Shown: piece by piece, positions 24,769-37,039 of the stretch
How the letters are laid out: each line of letters starts with the position of its first letter
Numbering within the stretch: position 1 is the stretch's first letter
The notes under the pieces: model-generated
Seen by the model: the letters and a program-made list of their open reading frames with translations, nothing else
Told to the model about the DNA's origin: nothing
Database searches by the model: none
Made by a program: the position numbers and the translations under genes
NCBI GenBank assembly: GCA_964016885.1
Contig: OZ024742.1
Coordinates: 271,622,001 to 271,686,000, forward strand
DNA length: 64,000 nucleotides
Source: Eledone cirrhosa
Lineage: Eukaryota
Reading direction: 5' to 3'

Positions 24769-27700
24769 CAACAACAACAAAAACAAATGAGAGGATAGAA
24801 CTCATACCCATCCCCGACCTCTCACAGTCAGACATGGAGGATGAGGCAGCTGAGGAGTGGAAAATGGTTGACAAAAAAACCCCGCAAAAACACCACAGCT
24901 TCGCCCTCCAAAGGCGAAGGCAGAGAAAGAGGTGAAAAGGCTGCAAGGGGAGATGCAGCAACACCACCATCATCACCATCACCACAACAAACATCACAAC
25001 CAACAACAACCACACCATCACCAGCATCAAGACATACACCTACATCGCAAACACAACAAAGCACACACCAAAGAGCAACAAGAAAAAAGCAACATTACCA
25101 CCACCACCACCACCCCAACCCCCACAAAAAAGAAAATAAATTACATAGCCATAAACATCGTACACAATGGATTTACGGAACTTATAAAGCTGCATACAGA
25201 CATGACAGACATAAATTCTCACACCCCATCAACACCAAGATCGTTACCAAACAATATTAACATTGTCGAAATTAAGCTCAAAGATTATAAACAGTTAAAA
25301 AAAAGGATCACTCTCCAAAATAATATACACATATATCATCTTGGCGACGCCCATTACCACCCGAAAGGACAGTTCTACTGTCCATTCCCCAGACGATCAA
25401 GGTAAGTGATCCTTTCTCACTTACCCCGCTCCTCACCCAACTTGGCCGTACTCAGAATAGGCAGTGTAAATGTACGTAGCCTGGGATCATCTTGGAAGCA
25501 GAGTCAACTGCTCAACGACCCCAGGTTAATCAACATAAATGTGGTGGCCATCAGCAAGACCAGAATGTCCGAAGCACGAGCCTTCGCACCGATCTTCGGC
25601 GACTACGATGTATACGCATCTCCCAGTAGTCCGGGATCGGGGCGAGGTGGTGCTGTGCTTTTTCGGAGAGTCTTGGATCTCACCATACGGGCGATCTTCC
25701 TGATTCCAGAAGGTAAGTCGGTGGTGATGGACGTTACCGACAGCGAAGGCAATGCTTTGAGTCTAGAAGCCCTCTAAGCCCCAACAGAGGCAGGACGGCC
25801 AGTTTTCTACCGACGTCTAGAGACCTTTCCTGGAACGTCCCGCTCTTTAGTGTTAGTGGACGACTGAAACGGTATCTTCGATGCACGCTAGGATTATGTG
25901 GGGGTAGTAGACAGGGAAGGAGGGTGTAATAGCCTCAACAATCTGCTCAAACTTTTGAACTGTCTGACAGGTATAGACTGGATTATCCGAATGTGCAAAT
26001 ATGTGCATGGGCAAACCGTATCGGGTCATTCAGATGTAATTGGATGGGGTATTCTGTAGGGAAACAGATAAGGCTAGTGTAGGCCTCCCACAACTTAAAT
26101 TAGTCGACTGCACGGACCAGAAATTGGTGATCTGTGAAGTTGACTTAGATAGACTTCATAGGCAAGGACCCGGCTACTGGAAGCTGAACGCATCGTTCCC
26201 GGCACGCAATGTTTACAGACACCAGATTACCGAATTAGTTAAGTGTGTGTTGACGGGTGCGATCGTCAACAACAGGTAGTGGTTTACCCTGAGAAGTTCT
26301 ATTAGATAGAATCGATAAGGTTTAGCAAACGAGTAGTGATAGAGGAAATTAGGTTAGAGAGAGAGAGAGAGAGCTAATTAGAAAACTAGAACAGGCGTCG
26401 CGACCGACATACTTGCGGCGTAATTGGCACTCGACCAATTTTTCAATGCAAAGCACGAAGGCTGCGTTGTCAGAGCTAGAGCACGTGCTCTAAGACATGG
26501 AGGACGAAAACCTTTCAATGGGCCCGGGTGGTGGAGGTGCCACATGGCAAATAATCTACAATTCGGTCGTTGCCTTATCAAAACGGACGCATGTTGCTCG
26601 AAGTCTAGCAGACGTGTGAGGCTTTTCAACAGCACTTTGCTCAATTGTTCAGGAGCGGTGGCGGGCCTGATCGGATTATAGGCTTCGTTGCATACCTCGA
26701 CCGACAGCTGCGGCTCTCGACGGACTGCCGCGGCTCTAGATGACCGCAGTGCAGTGCTGCAAAAAACCGATGACAGCAGGTGAAATACGGGAAGCGTTGT
26801 GTAACTGCACGTGGGGTAAATCGCCAGGATGGTCGGCCCTACGAACTTTATGCGTACCTGCCATACTTGTTTGGCGACCTCTTGGCAGATGTCTACTGCA
26901 ACTGGCAGCAGAACGGTTCATACCCAGTTTTGTGAGACGGGGAACGGTAGCGCTGCCGGGAAAAAAACCCGAACAAGGGGGACGTTATAGACAACTTCAG
27001 GTCCATAACTCTGCTAAACGCAGACTTTAAGATTTTGGCCAAGGTGTTAGCATATAGATCGGCGCTTGTCGTCGGTGATCTGGTGGGTGAGGCGCATACA
27101 TGCACCATTCCGGACAGATCCATCCATGACAATCTCCATCACATACGATACATGATAGAGAGGGTTGTTAAGGAATCTGGCACGGGTGGGGCCCTGATAA
27201 ACTTGGATCAATCTAAAGCATTTCATAGTGTCGACCATCGGTACATGGCTGCGGTGCTCAAGGAGGCCGGCTTCGGGTCCGTTTTTAGGGGCTGGATCGC
27301 TGCGATGCAGAGCGATATCTGCTAGATTGTAAGGGTGAATGGTCACCTATCGCAGCCTTACAGCATCATGCGCTCGGTCCACCAGGGTGTACCCCTCTCG
27401 TCCCTCTTGTACTTACTGGCCCTTGAGCCGTTAGTGCACACATTGGAGACGATGAGGGGTGTCCCACGTGAACTGGGATGCGGGAGATCATTATCACCTT
27501 ACGCCAGCGAAGTCACAGTAGTGGTGTCGTGCACCAAACACGTCCAGATTCTCGGCACCGATCTCAAGGAATACGAAGCGGTAACAGGAGTAAATATAAA
27601 CCTGGAAAAGTCGGTGGGCTTGCAACTCAGCACGTGGAGAGGCATGCACATGCCGTCCGACAGCATCGTGGGGCGCTGGACGGAAGGACCGGTTAAATGT

Positions 27701-29076
27701 TTCGGTCCTGATCTGCAGATGGAGAAAAACAGGAGCGAGGTGATGCGCAGGGTGGCATCTCTCACCCAGAAATGGGCCGAGAGCAGGCTGTCTGTGAAAG
27801 GTCGAGTGGAGGTGGCGAATGCTTACATCGCGTCCGTCATATGAAACCGCCTGACTGTCGTACCTTGCCCCCACCCATCTGGAGCCTTCTCTTACGCTTT
27901 TTGTGGAAGGGATGTGCTCTTATGGTCAGACGATCCATTTGCTGTCAACACCCGTTGCGTGGAGGAATAGGCATGCCGTGGCTGATGATGCGCAAGCATG
28001 CGCTGAGGCTGCGACATCTCTGGTGCTTCCTTGACGGTGAACAGTAGTGGTCGCCGTTTTCCAAACGCGCTTTTCCCTAGGTCGTCTCCTTGAAGGAGCT
28101 GCCGTCCTGGATCAGTAATAGCGAGGAATAGCGCTTGGAAGCTGGAATGTCTCCCAGCGCTCACCGCCCTCTACCAGCTGGGCACTAGTATCGGTGGAAC
28201 ATCCATCTCGCCGTTCTATAGAGACCTAGTTTGAGGGAAACAGCGACGACGTTCTCGAGGAGACCCTGGGCGTGGAAACCGATCAGTTGTTCGCTCTCTT
28301 CAAGAAAACTTTCAGACCGGGGCCTATGGATGACTTCAACACATCCCTGGCCTGGCCTGGCAGTGCTACTGGGGAGTGTTGCCGGTTCGGGATAAGCTCT
28401 ACAGGCACGGATGTACTGTCAATCGAGTCTGTCCGAGATACAAGCAGGGCGCCGAAACCATCCTTCACGCACTCGTTCAGTGCCCGAGGATTGCTGATTT
28501 GTGGAGCTATGTTGAACAGTGGGCATCCTCCTTTAATGAGGAGGAAGGGAATGCAGTTTTCATCGGCCTGGTGGCCATGGTGAAAGAGATTGTGTGATGG
28601 AAAGGTTGAAAGGGTTAAAGGCGGACACTTTCCTCTTCGGCGAATCCCTGATTAACTTTTTCAAGTTTCACTTGAAGAGGAAAATCAGGGTGGAGAGGCA
28701 AGTGCTGTCTTCTAGCAAGTTTGTTGAAAGGTGGGTGAATGTAGTGAGAATGGTCCGAGTGAACGGGAGTGCTCTGAATATACGCCTGTAGTTTGAGAAA
28801 TGGAAAAATTGAGAGAGGGCGCTTGCCCTGTTGGTCAAGGTGGCCGTAATCTTTTGTGTGGATTTCGCCACGAGTAACCCTCGGAATTTTCCCCCGTATT
28901 CGGTAATTTTTCATTGCTTGAATTTTCATTTTATTTTTTACAAATATATATGTTTCTATGTCTTTTTTCTTTTTCGTTTCTTATATGAATAATAAAAATC
29001 TTTACACGCACATGACCCACATCATACCGTCCTGTGCCGTCTGTAATGATGTCAGCCCTTGTGGTCAATAAAGAAA
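23486..29076 (+). mobile_element. Tx1-type LINE, copy C (older, near full length)
   Basis: ORF1 YRTIAMKSCRVERATE and knuckle CFNCGSKSHLLAFC; ORF2 LRIGSVN (~25450), GPGYWKLN, LINLDQSKAF, degenerate YASE at the YADD position, CPRY..ETILHALVQC; AATAAA then (ATT)n. Confidence 0.9.
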
Positions 29077-29105
29077 TAATAATTATTTTTATTATTATTA
29101 TTATT

Positions 29106-30184
29106 GTTCTTTGAGTCTCAGTCATTGATGTTATTTAACTGGAGAGTTTGTTGAAATGAATATCAAGCAGCTACCTGGAGCCTCAGATATTCAGGACGTA
29201 TCGGAGAGTTCTTGCTGTTCCCAGCAAGCATGCCTTTTGAAGTGTTCCAAAAAGCGGGGCGGGACTAACATTCTTTAACTATCCTTGGAATTACTTTGTG
29301 ATAGTACCTAGAGCGCCTATGACAATCGAGACGACTTTGACTTCATGGCAGTTCCAAATCCTTTTTACCTCCTCCACTTTAAGTCTGGTATCGGTTAATT
29401 TTCTCCCTCTCCTTTTCATTCACTCTCGTGTCAAATGGACAGACTACATCTACAATCAGGCACGATCTTCTTTCCTTGTCCAAAACCACCAGGTCAGGTC
29501 TATTGTTTTCCAGTTTCTTATCGGTCTGTATCCTTTAATCCCATGGCACCTTCACCTGATCGTTTTCTATCACCGACTCTGCCTTATACTCATACCACTT
29601 CTCAGAATGTGGTAAATTGTTTACTTTGCATAGGGGACAGTGGATCACCCTGCCCATCACATCATGTCTCCAGTCTTTATAGTGAGTCTGGGCTAGGTAT
29701 TTACACTCGGATACAATGTGAGCCACAGTCTCCCTCTCTTTCTCCACATATCCTACACAGAGGGCTAGCCTCCTCCTTGTAAACTTCGTTTTGAGTGCCT
29801 GCTTTTGCGCAGCCATTAGCATTCCTTCTGTAGCTTTTTAAGGTCTCCTCTTTTTAACCAGTTCCATGTCTGTGGATCTCTAAATTCAGTTTTCTCAAAG
29901 AAGGTACTATGAAGGGATTGTTCATGAAGGTTGCTCATCCTCCGTGTTGTTATTTCCTCCTTGTACATCCACTGGTCTATTGTTCTCTCCTTCAGTACAA
30001 TTCTGAGCATTGGCTGCCTATTGTCGGTCACGTATTTGTTCAGGTTATTTTTCTCCATCTGAACACAATCTTCTATGCTGATAAGACCTCTTCCACCTTC
30101 AGATGTCTTTAAGCAGAGTCTATCGACATCACTCCTCTTGTGGAACTTGTTTATAGATTAGCAATAGCTTCCTCGTCTTCCTAT
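29106..30184 (-). mobile_element. R4/Dong family D1, copy b (3' 1.1 kb)
   Basis: Reverse complement matches ~7258-8340; (ATT)n on both sides. Confidence 0.9.
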
Positions 30185-30199
30185 TATTATGATTATTAT

Positions 30200-30300
30200 C
30201 CCGCTGAGGTTGACTTTGCCTTTCATCCTTACTGGGTCGATAACATATAGTACCAGTAATGCACTAGGTATTTGCTGGCCTTGTGCCTAAAGTAGAAACA
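30200..30300 (+). mobile_element. 5'-truncated SINE inside an (ATT)n spacer
   Basis: SINE core and 3' end GGCCTTGTGCCTAAAGTAGAAACA followed by (ATT)n. Confidence 0.88.
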
Positions 30301-30321
30301 ATTATGATTATTATTATTATT

Positions 30322-32270
30322 GTTTTTGAGTCTCAGTCATTGATGTTATTTAACAGGAAAGTTTGTTGAAATGAGTATCAAGCCACTACCTGCAGTCTCA
30401 GATATTCAGGACGTATCGGACTGTCCTTGCTGTTCCCAGCAAGCATGCCTTTTGAAGTGTTCCAAAAAGCGGGGCGGGACCAATTTTCTTTCACCATCCT
30501 TGGAAACTGTTTTAGATAGTACCTAGTGCGCCTATGTCATCCTGGACGACTTTGACTTCATGGTTGTTCCAAATCCTTTTTACCTCCTCCACTTTAAGTC
30601 CTGGTATCGGTTAATTTTCCCCATCTCCTTTTCATGCACTCTTGTGTCGACAACGGCAGGCTACATCCAAAATCAGGCACGATTGTCCAAAACCACAAGG
30701 TCAGGTCTATTGTGTTCCAGTTTCTTGTCCGTCTGTATTTGTGCAGGTTATTTTTCATCATCTGAACACAGTCTTCTATGCTGATAAGACCTCTTCCTCC
30801 TTCAGATCTCCTTAAGTAGAGTCTATCGACATCACTCCCCTTTTGGAACATGTTGTAGATAGTCAATAGCCTCCTAGTCTTCCTATCCATTTCTTTTTGT
30901 TCAGCAACATTCCATCTCAGATTTCCGCACTGTACCTAATAATAGACACAGCTCGGGAATTTACTGCACTTATGGCCTTCCTACTGTTCAGATGTGAATA
31001 TAATACGCTCCTTACTCTCCGAATGTATTAAGATCTTATCAATTCCTTCATGTGTTTTGTTGTTGATGTCATCAGCCTCCAGAACACCTAAATATGTGTA
31101 TCCCCCTTCAGTATAAATTTCCTTTATCATCTCACCTGTTGGTACCTGGATTCCGTTGATTCTGCTCAATTTAACCCTCTTCATCACAAGGACTACGCAC
31201 TTACTAATACCAAATTGCATGCATATATCATTGCTGAAAATACAGACAGTGTCAACAAGCACATCCAAATCCTTCTCACTCTTCCCGAAGAGCTGAAGAT
31301 GGTCCATGAAGAGGAGGTGATTGTTGGTAAGCTCTCCCTTTCCCAACTTGTATCCTGCTCTCACTTTTCGCAGTATAATGGTCAGGGGGATCAGGGCAAG
31401 GACAAACAACAGAAGGGACAAACTATCTCCCTGGAAGAAACCTCTCTTGATCTTCACGCCAACCAAATATTCCCCGCCCGATGATAACTCTGTTTTCCAG
31501 GACTTCATACATTTGATCAACAACTGTCTGATGTTATCTGCCACCCTGAAGATCTCTAGGCTTTTGGTTATCCAAGAATGTCGAATGCCTTTTTGTAGTC
31601 TATCCATCCCATGGCAAGTCTAGTGTGTCTCCTCCTGCAATTCCTCATTATCATCTTATCAATAAGTAATTGGTCTTTTGTACCACGGGACTTCTTTTGG
31701 CATCCGTTCTGTTCGTGCGGTAACATGTTTATGTGGAGGTGATGGTAGATTTCCTCAGACACAATGCTTGTTAACAATTTCCACATTACGGACAGGCATG
31801 TGATAAGTCTATAATTGGTACCATCATTACCCTTGGTTCGGTCTTTCATTATCAGAACTGTGGTACCTTTTATCAACCACTCTGGTACCTCATCTGACAT
31901 CAAGCAGTCATTGAACATGGTTTTCAGTTTCAGGTGGAGGGATTTTATATTTTTAATCCAATACCCCAGCCCACCATCTGGGCCTGGTGATTTCCAGTTG
32001 GTTAGTTTTCTGGCCTGCCCCTTAAGAATTTCAACTGTGATACTCAACTCATTTTGTTGGTGTGCCTGTTCACTAATCTCCTTTTGAACTGTCTCTATCC
32101 ACACTGCCTGATCGTTATGTTCAACATCCTGCTCCCATATTCCTCTCCAGAATGTCTTAGTTTGTTCCGCCTCAGGGATCAATTCGTTGCCTCTTTCTTT
32201 CCCTTCAAGCTGTCCAAACAACATCTTCTGGTTGTTGTCAAACATACGGTTCTGTCTATACTGACATACT
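30322..32270 (-). mobile_element. R4/Dong family D1, copy c (5'-truncated, internal deletion at ~30738)
   Basis: ORFs 31568-32245 and 30981-31607 (KSPGPDG, YRLITCL, QGDSLS, FMDH); D1 3' UTR; (ATT)n flanks. Confidence 0.9.
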
Positions 32271-32302
32271 TTATTATTATTATTATTATTGTTATTGTTA
32301 TT

Positions 32303-33346
32303 CCTTGAATCTCAGTCATTGATGTTGGTTAACTGGAAAGTCCGTTGGATTGAATATCAAGCCACTACCTGCAGCCTCAGATATTCAGGACGTATCGGAG
32401 GGTTCTTGCTGTTCCAAGCAAGCATGCCTTTTGAAGCGTTCCAAAAAGCGTGAAGGGGCCGATTTTCTTTAACCATCCCTGGAAACCTTTGGAGATAGTC
32501 CCCAGTGCGCCTATGACAATCGGGATCACTTTGACTTCATGGCAGTTCCAAATCCTTTTCACCTCCCACTTTAGGTCCTGGTATCGGTTAATTTTCTCCC
32601 TCTCCTTCTCTTGCACTCTCGTGTCGAACGGGCAGGCCACATCCACAATCAGGCACGATCTTTTTTCTTTGTCCACAACCACCAGGTCAGGTCTATTGTG
32701 TTCCAGTTTTTTGTCCGTCTGTATCCTAAAATCCCACAGCACCTTCACCTGACTGTTCTCCATCACCCCCTCTGGCCTATGCTCATACCATTTCTCAGAA
32801 TGTGGTAGATTGTTTACTTTGCACAGGTGCCAGTGGATCACCCTGCCCATCACATCGTGTCTCCAGCCCTTATAGTGGGTCTGGGCTAGGTGTTTACACT
32901 CGGACACAATGTGAGCCACAGTCTCCTCTCTCTCTCCACAGATCCTGCACAGTGGGCTAGCTTCCTCCTTGTAGATATGGTGTTTCAACCACTTCGTTTT
33001 GAGGGCCTGCTCCTGCGCAGCCATTAGCATTCCTTCTGTAGCCTTTTTGAGGTCTCCTCTTCTCAACCAGTTCCATGTCTGTGGATCTCTAAATTCAGTT
33101 TTCTCAAAGAAGGTACTATGAAGGGATTTTCCCTTAAGGCTGCTCTTCCTCCTTGATGTTATTTCCTCCTTGGACATCCCCTGGCCTACTGTCCCCTCCT
33201 TCAGTACAGTTCTGAGCATTGGCTCCTTACTATAGGTCACGTATTTGTATAGGTTGTTTTTCTCCATCTGAACACAGTCCTCTATGCTGATAAGACCTCT
33301 TCCACCCTTAGATCTCCTTAGGTAGAGTCTATCGACATCACTCCTC

Positions 33347-33347
<1 letters not shown>
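32303..33347 (-). mobile_element. R4/Dong family D1, copy d (3' 1.05 kb, open frame, probably the youngest D1 copy)
   Basis: Uninterrupted 296-aa ORF 32377-33267 with CRIC..ETVAHIVSEC, RHD, NRPD..IVDVACP..KINRYQDL; 5' end abuts (ATT)18. Confidence 0.95.

Positions 33348-33401
<54 letters not shown>
33348..33401. repeat. (ATT)18 at the right edge of the nest
   Basis: Perfect repeat. Confidence 0.97.
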
Positions 33402-34019
33402 TAATCTCAAAGCTGTCTCGAAATGTTTACTTCAACTATTAAGGGAGGATCTCAACTTGTATTTTAAACATATGTAACAGGTCGAAAAGCTACTGAACAC
33501 AACACAGACATAAAGAAACGCAACATCAGAAGTTCTCAAAATTCTGAAGGCAACACCCCTTACTTCCCTCGTTATGGCTACGAGCTTAGCATAGCGAAAA
33601 TCATAAACAGCAGCAGCAGCAGCATAATATAACAACAACACTAGTAACCGATGTTAATAAAAAGACAACCGACTTTCAAACATTACAATGACAACCACCC
33701 TCTCGACCACCACCAACTACTACCACCGAAAAATGAAAATTATAATGTGTTGTTGATCTTGATGATGGTGAGGCTGATGATAATGGTTGTTTCTACTTAT
33801 GGAACAGGGCCATCGATTGCCCCAATGAAATGCTGGTGCTTTGTCTTGTCCATCCCGTCCAGTTGAGGAGCGGTGTTGATCTCGGCGGGATTTGTGCTCC
33901 GATCATAAATGGTAGATGCTGCTGATAATAATAAGTGTATCTGCTTTTGGCACAGATCCAGCAGTTGACCTCGAATGTAGATGCTGATGATTTTGGTGAT
34001 TGTTTCTGCTTTTCGCACA

Positions 34020-34487
34020 GTGCCAGTATTAACCCCAGTGTATTACTAGGGCTCTATTTTATCGACCCCGTAATATAATAATAATTATTTCTAATTTTGG
34101 CACAAGACCAGCAATTAAACAGTACATTACTGGTACTTTATTTGATCGACTCCGTAAGGATGAAAGGCAAAGTTACACTCGGCGTGATTTGAACTCAGAT
34201 CATAAAGGGATGTAACTCTATGCTTTAAATCATTGTGTCCGACTCTCTACTGATACTGCCAAATCAAAGATTCACATTACGAAAACATTAAAAACAGCAC
34301 AAAAAATATCTGTCTCTACTTTTGGCAGAAGGCCAGCAAAAACCCAGTACATTACTGGTACTTTATTTTATCGACCCCAAAAGGATGAAAGGCAAAGTTA
34401 ACCTCGGCGGGATTTGAACTCAGTCCTTGAAGGGACGTAACTATGCTAGAAAGCATGGCGTCCGACCCTCTACCGATACAGCCAATC
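34020..34487 (-). mobile_element. Cluster of three SINE copies (one partial, two near full length)
   Basis: Repeated reverse-complement core GTACTTTATTTTATCGACCCC..AGGATGAAAGGCAAAG and B-box GGATTTGAACTC. Confidence 0.88.
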
Positions 34488-34509
34488 ATAAATATGCCCC
34501 CAAAATAAT

Positions 34510-36812
34510 GATAATTTAATGTTGCATAAATTGCACCGAAACATATTTCTTTTCTTTTTTTAAAGTGATGGTGTCAAGATAAAATCATTGCTGTTGGTAC
34601 AAACTTAAATTCACTAATCCTCGATATGAGTGTTTAAATGTCGAACATAAATAGTTCGAATAACGGTAAAACGGGGGCTGAAACTTCATGTGAAAGACTC
34701 TCACACAGCAAGTGCTCCCTGACCCAGCAGCGGGGACCTGCCTGTCATCGAAATACTGTTGGTGTTGGAGGAGGAAGAAGAAGAAGGAATAGGGCAAGGC
34801 CCAACTGAACGAATAATTGAATAGAACTGTCATGAAATGTTACCTGAAGAGTAACCGCATGGAAAAAAAACTATAGGAAACGGACGCATAACATCTGGAA
34901 CCAGAATAGTCTATATAAATTAGAGAAACAAAAGTTTGCGGGTAAGGTTCGTGTAATAAGATCTAATGAATGGATAAGCTAGCTGGAACTGGAGGAACTG
35001 AGCAGAGAGATTGAGTTGGAATTGTAGAGTGGTGTATATCAGGTAAATGAGCCAGTAGGAAATGAAAGTGAAGAGGTTGAGAGACCTGAGGAAGCAAACG
35101 AAGAAGACAATGATCTGAATGCTGAAATAAATATATCTGGAACAAAGATACAGCCATTGAGGAAATGAATGCGGGCGGGGTAAAGCAAGGTTTTGTTGAT
35201 ATTCTGAACTTAATGGTAGATGAAATGTACAATGATAGGGGAAAACCTATGAACCTAACATTTGTAGACAGAAAATAGTTAAAGGAAACGACAGCTAAGG
35301 CAAACAAGGTCATCCCATACCTTGAGGCGAAGAACCTTCACCAATGAAACAATATCCTCGAAGAAACTGCAAATAGTTGCTTAGTATAAAAACGAGAGGA
35401 AACCACAAACAAGAAAGATCAGAACCTTGGTGGAAGAAACAACTGAATGATCAATTCAAGAAAATGAGAACAGACATTGGAAAAATTGAGTCTTTACTAA
35501 AACGTAGACACTAACGATAGACTGAAAATAAAATACAAAACTAAGGGAAAAGAACTGAATGTTATCATAGAGGAACTGAAGCATTGCATAGTAGCAAAAA
35601 GTGCAAAGATTAAGTGATATGAGAACAGAGTTAGTCAGTATAGTCAGAAGATGTTGTTTAGACAGCTTGAAGGGAAAGAAAGAGGTAACGACGTGATCCA
35701 TGATGCTGGACAGTCTCAGGCATTCTGGCGAGGAATATGGGATCAGGATGTTGAATATAATAGTCAGGCAGTGTGGATTGAGACAGTTAAAAAGCCGATT
35801 AGCGAAGAGGTCCACCAACAGGCTGATTTGAGTATCACAGCTGAAACTCTTAAAAAGCAGGCCAAAGAACTAACAAACTGGAAATAATCAGGTCCAGATG
35901 GTGTGCAAGTATATTGGATACAAAATATAGCATCCTTCCTCCATAAATTGACAACCATATTCAAAGATTGGTTGGTGTTAAGTGAAGTACCAGAGTGGTT
36001 GAAAAAATGTACCACAGTTCTGGTAACGAAAGACCGAATCAAAGATAATGAGGTTACCAACTATAAGCCATGTCTGTCCATAATGTGGAAACTGATAAGA
36101 AGCATTGTGGCTAAGGAATTCTACCAACACCTCCCAAACAACAACTTATTACCGGACGAACAGAAAGGATGCCGAAAGAAGTCTCGTGGTACAAAAGAAC
36201 AGTTACGTATTGATAAGATGGTAATAAGGTGACAGACAACATCAAACGGCTATTAAGTAAAAGTATGAAGAAACAGAGCTAACATCAAATGGAGAATCCT
36301 TGGGAGGCGTGAAGATCAAGACAGGTATCTCCCAAGGAGATACTTTGTCGACATTGATTTTTGTCCTTACCCTCATAACCTTGTCCCTCATATTGCGAAA
36401 ATTGAAAGCAGGATACAAGCTGAGAAGAGGAGAGCTTACCATCAACCACCTTCCCTTCATGGACGAACTAAAACTCTTTGGGAAAAGTGAGAAGATGTTC
36501 GATGTACTTGTTGACACTGTCCGTATTTTCAGCAATGATATATGTATGGAATTTGGTGTTAATAAGTGTGGAGTACTAGTGATGAAAATGTATTGAACAG
36601 AAGCAACGTAATCCAGGTAGCAACATGTGAGATGATAAAGGCAATCGACAATGAAGAGGGACACAAACATTTGGGGGTTCTGGAGGCAAATAACATCATG
36701 AATAATAAAATAAAGGAATTGATAAGTTTTGAATATATAAGTAGAGTAAGAAACATACTAAAATTACATCTAAATAGTAGGAATGTCATAACATTAATGA
36801 CTGAGACTCCAT
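34510..36812 (+). mobile_element. R4/Dong family D1, copy e: old, retains the N-terminus, internally deleted, keeps the 3' tip
   Basis: ATG at 34638 (MSNINSSNNGKTGAE), colinear with 5426-7170, then jumps to AACATTAATGACTGAGACTC plus (AAT)n. 5' boundary approximate. Confidence 0.85.
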
Positions 36813-37039
36813 GAATAATAATATTGAAGCATAAACCACGCTTAGTATCGGTTGCAGTAATATTTCAAGGTACGTTAAACGTTTCCTACATTTTCTAGGT
36901 TTGTATTTAAGCTTTAAACTTGATACGCCTTTAGACAAGTCTGTCTGCTTTCTGCAGGTTTTGATAAAAAAGTGTTGTACTGTATAAAACAATCGTGGAC
37001 CATATCAAGACGTCTGCGAAACTGTTTAAAAAAGAACAA

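Noticed and set aside
22738-29076. Twin-priming inversion or terminal inverted repeats around Tx1 copy C
   Set aside because: Both pieces are the same 3' end with their own tails and some divergence, which fits independent insertions.
33430-34018. Short ORFs right of the nest
   Set aside because: No recognisable motif; low-complexity, possibly old element debris.
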